Assembly: GCA_937139365.1 (NCBI GenBank)
Contig: CAKZPT010000062.1
Span: 5,422-69,421 of the forward strand
Reading direction: 5' to 3'
Length of the DNA: 64,000 bases
Source: an uncultured bacterium
GTDB taxonomy: Bacteria; Verrucomicrobiota; Kiritimatiellia; PWTM01
Below, one piece after another: positions 50,429 to 58,871 of this stretch. A program made the position numbers and the translations under genes. Each line of letters opens with the position of its first letter. Position 1 is the stretch's first letter. A model generated the notes under the pieces. The model worked only from the letters and a program-made list of their open reading frames with translations, made no database searches and was not told where the DNA came from.

Positions 50429-50671
50429 TCAACCCGACCACGGACACGCGCCGCCCGCGCAGCCTCCGGACGCGCCGGCGGACGATGCCGAACAGGCGCC
50501 GCCGGCGCAGGAGGGCGGGGAGGGCGCGGCGCTCCGCGGTGCGAAGGTCGAAAGCTTCCTCGTCAATGCCCGCGACCCGCAGGCGGGGCACGCCGGCCGT
50601 TCGCCGGCCGAACGGATCAGCAGCTCGCTCTCCGCGCCGCAATTGCGGCAGGCATATTCGTGCAACGGCAT
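50429..50671 (-). CDS. FmdB family zinc-ribbon protein
   Basis: MPLHEYACRNCG...CPACGS...KLSTF, with a Cys-rich tail containing CAGGAC twice. Confidence 0.88.
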   Translation of the reverse strand: MPLHEYACRNCGAESELLIRSAGERPACPACGSRALTRKLSTFAPRSAAPSPPSCAGGACSASSAGASGGCAGGACPWSG

Positions 50672-50678
50672 GGCGTCC

Positions 50679-50996
50679 TCACGCGTTCTCGATCAGCGCG
50701 GCGAGCTTCGCCTCGCTCTGGACGCCGATCAACTGCTGCACGACCTGGCCGTCCTTCATCAACAGCAGCGTCGGGATGCTGCGAACGCCGTAGCGCATCG
50801 CCAGCTCCGGCTCCTCGTCCACGTTGACCTTGGCGATCTTCGCCCGGCCTGCGACCCGCGCCGCCAGCCTCTGGAGAATGGGCGTCTGCATGCGACAGGG
50901 GCCGCACCATGGCGCCCAGAAATCCACCAGCACCACGCCATTGCGTGTCTCGGCCTCGAAATCGGCCACCGTCAGGTCTTTCAGCCCTTCGCTCAT
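50679..50996 (-). CDS. trxA: Thioredoxin
   Basis: VDFWAPWCGPC, SIPT. Confidence 0.96.
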   Translation of the reverse strand: MSEGLKDLTVADFEAETRNGVVLVDFWAPWCGPCRMQTPILQRLAARVAGRAKIAKVNVDEEPELAMRYGVRSIPTLLLMKDGQVVQQLIGVQSEAKLAALIENA

Positions 50997-51095
50997 TGTT
51001 GGATTCCTTTCAAATTCGCCGGCGGGGGAAACAACGGATCGCCCCGATGACGAACACAGTGCCCCGCCCGGCGCGGTGGCGCGAGCCGCGCGGCC

Positions 51096-51284
51096 TCAGC
51101 GGCCACAGCCCAGCCGCTGCAGCGCCTTTTCCGCCGGACACCAGCCGGTGAAGGCCGACTGCAGCAGGTTTGCGCCGACGAAGCCGGCCAGCAATAGCCA
51201 CGCCTCGTGGTGAACCCGGCTGAGCAGCAGCGCCACCAACACCATCGTGCCCGCGAGGGCCCGCACGCACTGTTCCACCTTCAT
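51096..51284 (-). CDS. DUF2892 (YgaP-like) small membrane protein
   Basis: VRALAG...FVGANLLQSAFTGWCP. Confidence 0.9.
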   Translation of the reverse strand: MKVEQCVRALAGTMVLVALLLSRVHHEAWLLLAGFVGANLLQSAFTGWCPAEKALQRLGCGR

Positions 51285-51297
51285 TCGACCCCTCTCG

Positions 51298-51562
51298 TCA
51301 TGGCCCCATCGCCGCTCGCACGAACGCGCGCGGATCGGCGTCCACCGACCCGCCCATGACGCGGGCGATCGTTCCGCCGAACCGGCGGCCGAAAAGGCCG
51401 GCGTTCATCGAGGCGATCCGCACGCCGTCCGCTGTTTCGTACACGGCCATCGAACAGGGCATCCGGACCGAGGCGACGCAGGCGCCGCCGTGGCGCCGCC
51501 AGCGCCACCGCGGCCAGCGCCCACAGAACGCCGGCCGGCCCGCCCCACAGAAAACGGTTCAT
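51298..51562 (-). pseudogene. DUF302-like protein with the central part deleted
   Basis: N-terminal TM MNRFLWGG..LAAVALAAP is joined out of frame to MPCSMAVYETADGVRIASMNAGLFGRRFGGTIARVMG. Confidence 0.65.
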
Positions 51563-51576
51563 TCCGCGTCCCTTTC

Positions 51577-51747
51577 TCATCGCGGAGCCGCGAGCAGTGC
51601 GCCGATCAAGCCCCACCAGATCATCGAGGTCCAGGGGTTCGACGTCAGCGGGCAAGCGCCCGTGCGGCAGCCGACAAACCGGTAGTACGCCCAGCCCAGC
51701 GCCGCCCCGACCGCCGCGCCCGTCACGCTGCGCCAAACGGCGCTCAC
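51577..51747 (-). CDS. DUF6132-like small membrane protein (56 aa, not in the ORF track)
   Basis: MSAVWRSVTGAAVGAALGWAYYRFVGCRTGACPLTSNPWTSMIWWGLIGALLAAPR. GTGA overlap with the upstream gene. Confidence 0.85.
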   Translation of the reverse strand: MSAVWRSVTGAAVGAALGWAYYRFVGCRTGACPLTSNPWTSMIWWGLIGALLAAPR

Positions 51748-52034
51748 AGCCGTCCCTCCACCGGCAGCACGAACGCCCGGACGCCCTCGCCGGGATAGAG
51801 GGTACGGCGGAAGGTGTCGATCGCCCCCCGAAGCTCGTCGAGCTTAGGGTCCTCCACGACGGTGAAGATCATCACCGAACGGCCCGGAAACACCGGCGTG
51901 CCGAGACGGGCGCCGGTTGCCCCCTCGCCTACGATGTTCCGAAACTCCGAGTAGGCGTGGACCTCGTGACGGGTGATCAGGGCGCGCAGGTCCTCCTCGC
52001 GACCCTCGGGTCCGATCAGCACGAGCATCTTCAT
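51744..52034 (-). CDS. P-II-like transporter-associated protein
   Basis: 96 aa: MKMLVLI...YSEFRNIVGEGATGARLGTPVFPG...IFTVV...RAFVLPVE. ATGA overlap with the RND gene. Confidence 0.78.
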   Translation of the reverse strand: MKMLVLIGPEGREEDLRALITRHEVHAYSEFRNIVGEGATGARLGTPVFPGRSVMIFTVVEDPKLDELRGAIDTFRRTLYPGEGVRAFVLPVEGRL

Positions 52035-55000
52035 GGCGCGCCCTCCTGCCGGCCGGCGGCCGGCGCGTGGAGCAGGTGATAGGTGGCCGGGATCACGACC
52101 AACGTGAACGCCGTTGAGACGAACAGGCCGAAGATCAGCGCCCAGGCCAGCCCGCTGAAGATCGGATCGAACGTGATCGGCCAGGAGCCGAGCATCGTCG
52201 TGCCCGCCGTCAGGAAGATCGGACGCAGGCGGACTGCCCCCGACTCGAGGATCGCCTCGCGCAGCGGCCGGCCGCGCTCGACGGCCGTCCGGATGAAGTC
52301 GATCAGCAACACCCCGTTGCGGATCACGATGCCCGCCAGGACGATCATGCCGATCATCGCGGTCGCGGTGAAGAAGACGGGGTTGTCGTAGCCGGCGACC
52401 GGCCGGTTCACCACGGCATTGAGGAGACCGAACCCCGGCGCGATGCCGATCAGCGTCAGCGGGATGGAAAGCATCACCACCAACGGCAAGACATACGATT
52501 GGGTCTCGTAGACCAGCAACACGTAAATTACCAGCAACGCCGCCGCAAAGGCGATCCCCAGATCCCGGAACACGTCCAGCGTGATCTTCCACTCGCCCTC
52601 GCCGCGCCAGTCGACGCGGATCCCGTCGGGCAGCGGATGGTCACGGAAATGCCGCTGCAACGCCAAGATCGCGTAGGCCGGCCCGCGGCCCGCGGCCTCG
52701 GCCGTGACGAACACCACCCGCTCCTGGTTTTTGTGGTAGATGGAGATTTCATCCGGTTCCTCGCGGAACCGGCCCAGTTCGCCGACCTGGACCAGCTGGC
52801 CGCGCCCGCCGCGCACCGGCAGCGAGCGGACGCGTTCGAAGTCTGCGCGCGCCTCCCGCGGCAGCCGCACGACGATCGGCCACTCGTTCTGCTCCGAGGG
52901 TTCGTGCACCACCCCCGCCGGCATCCCGTCCAGCGCCAGCCGCACCGTCTGCGCGATCGTCTCCGTCGACACCCCGTTCAACGCCGCCTTCTCCCGGTCC
53001 ACCTCGAACACCCACCGCGTCCGCTCGGCCTCGACCATATCGTCCACGTCCACGACGCCGGGCTCGCGCTCCATCCGGGCCCGCACAATGCGCGCGGCCG
53101 CGACGAGGTCGGCGTAGGGCGTGTCCGGCCGTCCGTAGACCTCGGCGACGATCGTCGAGAGCACCGGCGGTCCGGGGGGCGTCTCGACCAGCTTTAGCGA
53201 TGCGCCGGTGCGCCGGGCGATCGCGTCCAGCTCCGGCCGCAGCCGAAGGGCGATCGAGTGGCTGTCGGCCTGGCGGTGGCGTCGGTGGAGGAGATTGATC
53301 CTCACGTCGGCCACGTGGGACCCCTCCCGCAGGTAGTAGTGGCGGACCAGGCCGTTGAAGTCCATCGGGGACGCCGTGCCGACGGTCGTTGTGAAGTCCA
53401 CGACCTCCGGCACGGTGCGCACGAGATGTTCGATCTCCCGTGCGACCGCGTCGGTGGTTTCCAGCGTCGAGCCCTCCGGCAAGTCGATGACCACCTGCAG
53501 TTCGTTCTTGTTGTCAAAAGGGAGCATCTTGAGCGGCACGACGGCCAGGGCCAGCCAGCCGGCCCCGACGAACAGGGCCGCGAGCGCGGCCAGCAGGGCC
53601 AGCGTGCGGCCGCGGGAGGCGATCAGGGGCCGCATCAACCGGCTGTAGATGCGGTAGGCCGCGCCGCCGGCGGCCCCGCCGTCGCTGGCCTCCTCGAGCC
53701 GGAGCGCGTGGCGTCCGGCCAGGAGCCGTCGGGCCGTCCACGGGGTGATGGCCGCGGCGACCAACAGCGAACTGAGCATCGCCAGCGGGACGTTGAGGGC
53801 CATCGGCCGCATGTAGGGCCCCATCATCCCGGTGATGAAAAACATCGGGACGAACGCCGCGATGACCGACAGCGTCGCCAGGACCGTCGGAGGCAACACC
53901 TCGCCCATCGCCGTCTCGATCGCGTCGTCCGGCGGCAGCCGCCGGCGGGCTAGGTGCCGGTAAATGTTCTCCACGGAGACGATCGGGTTGTCCACCAGCA
54001 GGCCGAGCGCCAGGATCAGCGCGAACAGGGTGACGCGGTTGATCGTGTAGCCGGCCAGCAGGTTCACCAGCAACGTCAGCGAGTACGTCACCGGCACCGC
54101 CAGCGCGACGACCGCGCCGACGCGGACGTTCATCGTCAGCGCGATCAGCCCGATCACCGTCACCATCGCCAGCCCGAGCGAGCGGACCAGCTCGTTGACC
54201 TTGTCGTTCGCCGTCTCCCCGTAGTTGCGGGTGATGCGAGTGCGGACCTCGCCGGGGATCAGGGTGCCGCGCAGACCGGCCAGCGTCCGTTCGATGTCCC
54301 GCGCCACCCACACCGCGTTGCTTCCCTTCTTTTTCGCGACGGCGATCGTCACGGCCTCGAGCGAGTGGTCCGGCGGCCCGCCGACACCGCCGTCGGCCGG
54401 GCCGAAGCCGATCCGGGTGTAGGTGCGCACCTCGTCGGGGCCATCCACGACGTCCGCCACGTCGCGCAGGTAGACGGGCCGGTCGCCGTGAACGCCGATC
54501 ATCAGTCCGCGCACCTCGTCGGCGCTGCGGAGGAACGGCCCGGCGTGCACGGCGTATTCGCGGTTGGCGACGTCGACCCGACCGGCGCCGAGGTGGCGGT
54601 TGGCCGCCTGCAGCGCGCCGGCGACCTCGATCGGGGAGAGGTGGTGGGCCGCTAGCCGCTCCGGATCGATCAACACCCGGATGGTGCGCGGCTCGCCGCC
54701 GTGAATCGTTACCCGCGCGCTGTCGCGCACGTGCTGCAGCCGCGCCGCCACCTCCTCCGCGACCCGCCGTAGCTCGTGCGTGCCATACCGGTCCGAGTAG
54801 AGCGTGACTGCGACGATCGGCACGTCGTCGATCTCGATCGGCTTGACCACCCAGCCGGCGATCCCCGGCGTCGTCCGGTCCACGTTCTGGAAGATCTTGT
54901 TGTACAGCTTGATCAAGCTGGCCTCGCGATCCTCGCCCACGTGAAATCGCACGGTGACCACCGCCTGGCCCGGCATGGACATCGAGTACACGTACTCGAC

Positions 55001-55255
55001 GCCGTCGATCTGGTAGAGCAGGCGCTCGAGGCGCGAGGCCACCCGCCGCTCGATCTCCTCCGCGCTGCCGCCGGGGTACGAGATCAAAACGTCGGCCAGC
55101 GGAACCACGATCTGCGGCTCCTCCTCGCGCGGGGTCAGCACCAGCGCGACCACGCCGGCGGCCAGGCTGATCAGGATCAGCAGCGCCGCCATCCGCCCCC
55201 GCAAAAAGGCTCGGACCACGCCGGTCAAACGGCCTGCAGTCGCCGTCATCTTCAT
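52031..55255 (-). CDS. RND efflux permease (AcrB/AcrD/AcrF superfamily)
   Basis: 1074 aa. TPREEEPQI, NRVTLFALILALGLLVDNPI, MLPFDNK, GIVIRNGVLLIDF, RLRPIFLT. Confidence 0.95.
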   Translation of the reverse strand: MKMTATAGRLTGVVRAFLRGRMAALLILISLAAGVVALVLTPREEEPQIVVPLADVLISYPGGSAEEIERRVASRLERLLYQIDGVEYVYSMSMPGQAVVTVRFHVGEDREASLIKLYNKIFQNVDRTTPGIAGWVVKPIEIDDVPIVAVTLYSDRYGTHELRRVAEEVAARLQHVRDSARVTIHGGEPRTIRVLIDPERLAAHHLSPIEVAGALQAANRHLGAGRVDVANREYAVHAGPFLRSADEVRGLMIGVHGDRPVYLRDVADVVDGPDEVRTYTRIGFGPADGGVGGPPDHSLEAVTIAVAKKKGSNAVWVARDIERTLAGLRGTLIPGEVRTRITRNYGETANDKVNELVRSLGLAMVTVIGLIALTMNVRVGAVVALAVPVTYSLTLLVNLLAGYTINRVTLFALILALGLLVDNPIVSVENIYRHLARRRLPPDDAIETAMGEVLPPTVLATLSVIAAFVPMFFITGMMGPYMRPMALNVPLAMLSSLLVAAAITPWTARRLLAGRHALRLEEASDGGAAGGAAYRIYSRLMRPLIASRGRTLALLAALAALFVGAGWLALAVVPLKMLPFDNKNELQVVIDLPEGSTLETTDAVAREIEHLVRTVPEVVDFTTTVGTASPMDFNGLVRHYYLREGSHVADVRINLLHRRHRQADSHSIALRLRPELDAIARRTGASLKLVETPPGPPVLSTIVAEVYGRPDTPYADLVAAARIVRARMEREPGVVDVDDMVEAERTRWVFEVDREKAALNGVSTETIAQTVRLALDGMPAGVVHEPSEQNEWPIVVRLPREARADFERVRSLPVRGGRGQLVQVGELGRFREEPDEISIYHKNQERVVFVTAEAAGRGPAYAILALQRHFRDHPLPDGIRVDWRGEGEWKITLDVFRDLGIAFAAALLVIYVLLVYETQSYVLPLVVMLSIPLTLIGIAPGFGLLNAVVNRPVAGYDNPVFFTATAMIGMIVLAGIVIRNGVLLIDFIRTAVERGRPLREAILESGAVRLRPIFLTAGTTMLGSWPITFDPIFSGLAWALIFGLFVSTAFTLVVIPATYHLLHAPAAGRQEGAP

Positions 55256-56301
55256 CCCTCCCTGCCGCCGGCGGACCAGGCCACGACCTCGCCGTCCTCA
55301 AGGCCGGCCAGGATCTCCACCACGCCGCCCTCGCGCCGGCCCGTGCGCACCAGCCGCCGGACGAGGCGGCCGTCGCGGAGTACGCCAACCAGCTCAAGCT
55401 GGCCGACCCGTCGGACCGCCACCTCGGGCAGGAGGATCTGCTCCGTGGGCTCGGTCCCGATCACTAGCCGACCGAACGCGCCGGGTCGAAGGCCCGTTGG
55501 ATCCTCCAGCCGCACCTTGACCTTCTGCGTCCGGCTAGCCGGATCGATCTCCGACACGATCTCACTCACCGTGCCCCGGCGCCGCCCCGCCGGATGCGTC
55601 AGGACCACCTCGACCGTCCGGCCTGTCGCCACCCGGTCGATCAAGCGCACCGGCACGGGCGCCTCCAGCCGCATGCGGGTCGGGTCGTACACCGACATCA
55701 GCACCATGCCCGGCGCGGCCAGGTCGCCCTCCTCCACCCGCCGGTCGGTGACGATGCCGTCGATCGGCGAGACGATGCGGGCGTACGAGAGCATGACCTT
55801 CACCCGCTCCACCTGCGCGGCGGCGGCGGCGCGCGCCGTCTCGGCGGCGAGCATCTGCTGTTCGGTGGCGGCCTTGGACTCGAAGAGGCTCCTCGTCCGG
55901 CGGTACTCGGCCTCCGCCTGCCGGGCCTGCGCCTCGGCGGCGGCGAGCTGTTCGCGGATCTCGCGGTCGTCCAGCAGTACCAGTTCCTGGCCCGCCTTCA
56001 CCTCCGAGCCGGCCGCGACGAGCACGCGGCGGACGTGCGCGGGGATCTTCGCGCTGATCTGGATGCGCGACTCCGACTCGAAGGTGCCCGGCACCTCCGC
56101 CCGTCCGGGACGCGCAACGCGCCGCACGACTTGGGTGACGACGTTGTCCGGCAAGGGCTCCCCGGCGGGCGCCTCGACGCGGCCGGGCGGGGTCTTTGGG
56201 GCGCATCCCCCGGTCGAGTACGCGGTGATCGCCGCCATGCCGGCGACCGCAGCGACCGGTTTCCAGAGTCGGCGAAACCATAGGGCCGTGCCAGCGTTCA
56301 T
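55252..56301 (-). CDS. RND periplasmic adaptor (MFP)
   Basis: N-terminal anchor, lipoyl half-motifs (GSEVKAGQELVLLD, IVSPIDGIV), IDPASRT, LRPG. Confidence 0.92.
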   Translation of the reverse strand: MNAGTALWFRRLWKPVAAVAGMAAITAYSTGGCAPKTPPGRVEAPAGEPLPDNVVTQVVRRVARPGRAEVPGTFESESRIQISAKIPAHVRRVLVAAGSEVKAGQELVLLDDREIREQLAAAEAQARQAEAEYRRTRSLFESKAATEQQMLAAETARAAAAAQVERVKVMLSYARIVSPIDGIVTDRRVEEGDLAAPGMVLMSVYDPTRMRLEAPVPVRLIDRVATGRTVEVVLTHPAGRRRGTVSEIVSEIDPASRTQKVKVRLEDPTGLRPGAFGRLVIGTEPTEQILLPEVAVRRVGQLELVGVLRDGRLVRRLVRTGRREGGVVEILAGLEDGEVVAWSAGGREG

Positions 56302-57653
56302 TGGGGAGTCCTTTCCGTGGTTCGGGTGGTAGATGGGGCGGCGCCCAGCCGTCCGCGGGCGCGCTCCAGATTCGATAGGGCGGTCAGGTAATCGTACCGC
56401 GCGGCGATCCGGCGCGCGCGGATCGAGGCCAGGCCAACATCGGCGGAGAGCAGTTCGGCCAGGTCGGCCGCGCCCTGCTCGTAACGGGCGCGCGTCATCC
56501 GCAGGGCCTCGTCGGCGCTGGCCTCGGCCTGTTCGGTCACCTGCCAGCGCTCGAACGCCTCCCGGACCTGGATGGCCGCCTGGCGCAGATCGAGGCGGAG
56601 CTGGTCGCGCGCGCGGCGCGCCTCCGCCTCGGCGGCCTCGAGTTCGGCGCGGGCCTCGGCGGCCGCGGCCTCGCGCCGGCCCCCCGAAAACAGCTCCAGC
56701 TCCGCCGTCACGCCGGCCAGGTAGCTGCCTTCGAACCCGTCGCCGTCCTCGCTGTCCCAATCCCGGGAGGCGAAGGCGTTGACCGTGGGACGGAACTCGG
56801 CGCGTGCGCGCCGCCACGCGGCCCGGCGCGCCTCCACGGCGGCCTCCGCCGCCCGCATCGCGGGATGCCGGCGCAGGCATTCCTCGTCGGCCTCGCAGGG
56901 CGGCAGGGCGGGAATCGGACCGGAGCTGGCGGCCGGCAGGCCGGAGGTCGGCATCAGGTCTCGCCCAACGACGGTGTTCAGCGCGGCGATCGCCAGCGCC
57001 ACACCGTTGCGCGCCCGCACCTCGTCCTCCCGGGCCTCCGCCAGCCGCACCTCCAGCGAAAGCACGTCGCTGTGGACCGCCGCCCCCTGCTCCAACCGCG
57101 CGCGCGCGATCCGGAGGCTTTCCTCCAGCGAGGCGATCTGCGCGGCCCGGACGCGCACCATCTCCTGCGCCTGCAGCACGCCGTGGTAAGCTCGGGTCAC
57201 CTCGAACACCAACTGGTTGCGCACCGCCTCGGCCGCCCGCTCCCGCGCCGCGGCGATCGCGTCGGCCGCCGCCACGCCCGCGCCCCGCCGGCCGAAGTCC
57301 AGCAGCGCGTACCGCAGCCCTAGCGAAAGCCGCAGGTTGCCGGTGTCGTCGGGCTCGTTCGGGTTGAACGCCGGGTCCCGCATGTCCAGCGCCCGCTGGT
57401 TGAGCGTCATCATGAACGCCTGCGGAGGATTGTCGGTCCGGGCGTAGCCGGCCTGCGCGCCGAGCATCGGCCAGCCGGCCGCCCGCGCCTGCCGCGCGGC
57501 CGCCCGCGCCGCCGCGATCCGGGCCCCGGCCGCTTGGATGTCCGGATTACTCTCCAACGCCGCGGCGATCATCCGCTCGAGCATCGGCTCCGTCTCCGCC
57601 ACGGCAACGGCGGCGCCCGCCGCCGCGATCCACATCCACGTCCACCGCCTCAT
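56298..57653 (-). CDS. TolC family outer membrane efflux protein
   Basis: Signal peptide, ALESNPDI, two OEP repeats, RYEQG...ELL. Confidence 0.92.
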   Translation of the reverse strand: MRRWTWMWIAAAGAAVAVAETEPMLERMIAAALESNPDIQAAGARIAAARAAARQARAAGWPMLGAQAGYARTDNPPQAFMMTLNQRALDMRDPAFNPNEPDDTGNLRLSLGLRYALLDFGRRGAGVAAADAIAAARERAAEAVRNQLVFEVTRAYHGVLQAQEMVRVRAAQIASLEESLRIARARLEQGAAVHSDVLSLEVRLAEAREDEVRARNGVALAIAALNTVVGRDLMPTSGLPAASSGPIPALPPCEADEECLRRHPAMRAAEAAVEARRAAWRRARAEFRPTVNAFASRDWDSEDGDGFEGSYLAGVTAELELFSGGRREAAAAEARAELEAAEAEARRARDQLRLDLRQAAIQVREAFERWQVTEQAEASADEALRMTRARYEQGAADLAELLSADVGLASIRARRIAARYDYLTALSNLERARGRLGAAPSTTRTTERTPQ

Positions 57654-57991
57654 CGTTCACCTCCCTGGGCATCCCGGCACGGGACTTCCGAGCAAATGCA
57701 CCGGAGAAGCTTCAGCGCGCGCCGGTCCGCCACGCGGTACCAGACCTCCCGTCCGCGCCGCTCGGCCGCCAGCAGGCCCTCGCGCCGCATCCGGTTGAGA
57801 TGTTGTGAGGACGCCGCCGCCGCCAGGCCGATCGCATCGGCCACCTCGCCGACCGGCGCCTGCCGCCGCTCCCGCAGGACCTCGAGGATCCGAAGCCGCA
57901 GCGGGTGGGCCATCAACCGCAGCGTCTCCGCCACCCGCGCCAGCTCCCCCGCCGGGATAACCGCGCATCCGCCTGAATGTGCACGTATCAT
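57650..57991 (-). CDS. ArsR/SmtB family transcriptional repressor
   Basis: AETLRLMAHPLRLRILEVL, SSQHLNRMR..GLL..ERRGREVWY, C-terminal CIC...C. Confidence 0.92.
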   Translation of the reverse strand: MIRAHSGGCAVIPAGELARVAETLRLMAHPLRLRILEVLRERRQAPVGEVADAIGLAAAASSQHLNRMRREGLLAAERRGREVWYRVADRRALKLLRCICSEVPCRDAQGGER

Positions 57992-58025
57992 GATATCATT
58001 ATATCTCTATCTTTGAAGATGTCAA
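57986..58025 (-). promoter_or_regulatory. Consensus sigma70 promoter with overlapping palindromic operator, probably leaderless
   Basis: TTGACA (58025-58020), N16, TATAAT (58003-57998), with ATG 6 nt after the -10 box. Near-perfect palindrome TATCATGATATCATTATA at 57986-58003. Confidence 0.78.
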
Positions 58026-58042
58026 ATGCGCGCGCATCGGGC

Positions 58043-58071
58043 TTGAATCGCGGCTCGAGGCGGGCTAGGCT
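58043..58071 (+). promoter_or_regulatory. Promoter for tRNA-Pro
   Basis: TTGAAT-N17-TAGGCT, 13 nt before the tRNA. Confidence 0.6.
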
Positions 58072-58084
58072 TGGTGCCTTGGAT

Positions 58085-58161
58085 CGGGGCGTAGCGCAGA
58101 CTGGTAGCGCGTTTGGTTCGGGACCAAAAGGTCGTGGGTTCAAATCCCACCGCCCCGACCA
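58085..58161 (+). tRNA. tRNA-Pro(CGG)
   Basis: CGGGGCGTAGCGCAGACTGGTAGCGCGTTTGGTTCGGGACCAAAAGGTCGTGGGTTCAAATCCCACCGCCCCGACCA. Confidence 0.97.
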
Positions 58162-58367
58162 GCCTTCGCCGGCCGCCCGCGCGACGGGTGGGTCGGCGGC
58201 ATGCGCGCGGCCGGGTCATGCGCAGGCCGCAAACAGAGCGGCGTCGATCCCGCAAGATGGACGAGAATCGCCCCTCGGAAAAACAGCCCTCTCCGGGCCC
58301 CTGGCGACGCTTGCCCCGCCTCGCTCGGAGCGGTAAAAAGTAGGTCGCCGCCGGGACGGGCGTCACC

Positions 58368-58865
58368 ATGCGCATCATCTTCATGCGACACGGAATCGCC
58401 GCCGACGCCTCTGAGCAGCCAGCCGACGAGCTTCGGCCGTTGACCTCCGAAGGCGAGGAGCGCACCCGCCAGGTGGCGCGGGGCCTGGCCGCGATCGGCG
58501 TCCGGCCGGCCCTGGTCGCCACCAGCCCCCTGCTGCGCGCCCGCCAGACCGCCGAAATCGTCGCCGAGGAGCTGGCGGAGGACGCCGAGGTCGCGGACCT
58601 CGCTTGCCTGCGGCCGGGCGGCAACTACGCCGAGTTCATGCACTGGCTCGAACACCTCGACCGCGACGAGCTGTTGGTCGTCGGCCACATGCCCGACATC
58701 GCCGAATTTGCCCAACGGTGCCTGACGGGCCGGGTCCTGTTTTCGATGACGTTCAAAAAGGCGGCCGCCTGCTGCGTGGAGTTCGAAGGGGAACCGGCGG
58801 CCGGCCGCGGCTGCCTCGAATGGCTGATGCAGCCGTCCGCGCTGCGGCGACTCGCCCGAAAGTAG
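58368..58865 (+). CDS. sixA: Phosphohistidine phosphatase SixA
   Basis: MRHGIA, RPLT.EG, TSPLLRARQTA, VVGHMP. Confidence 0.92.
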   Translation: MRIIFMRHGIAADASEQPADELRPLTSEGEERTRQVARGLAAIGVRPALVATSPLLRARQTAEIVAEELAEDAEVADLACLRPGGNYAEFMHWLEHLDRDELLVVGHMPDIAEFAQRCLTGRVLFSMTFKKAAACCVEFEGEPAAGRGCLEWLMQPSALRRLARK

Positions 58866-58871
58866 ACGCCG

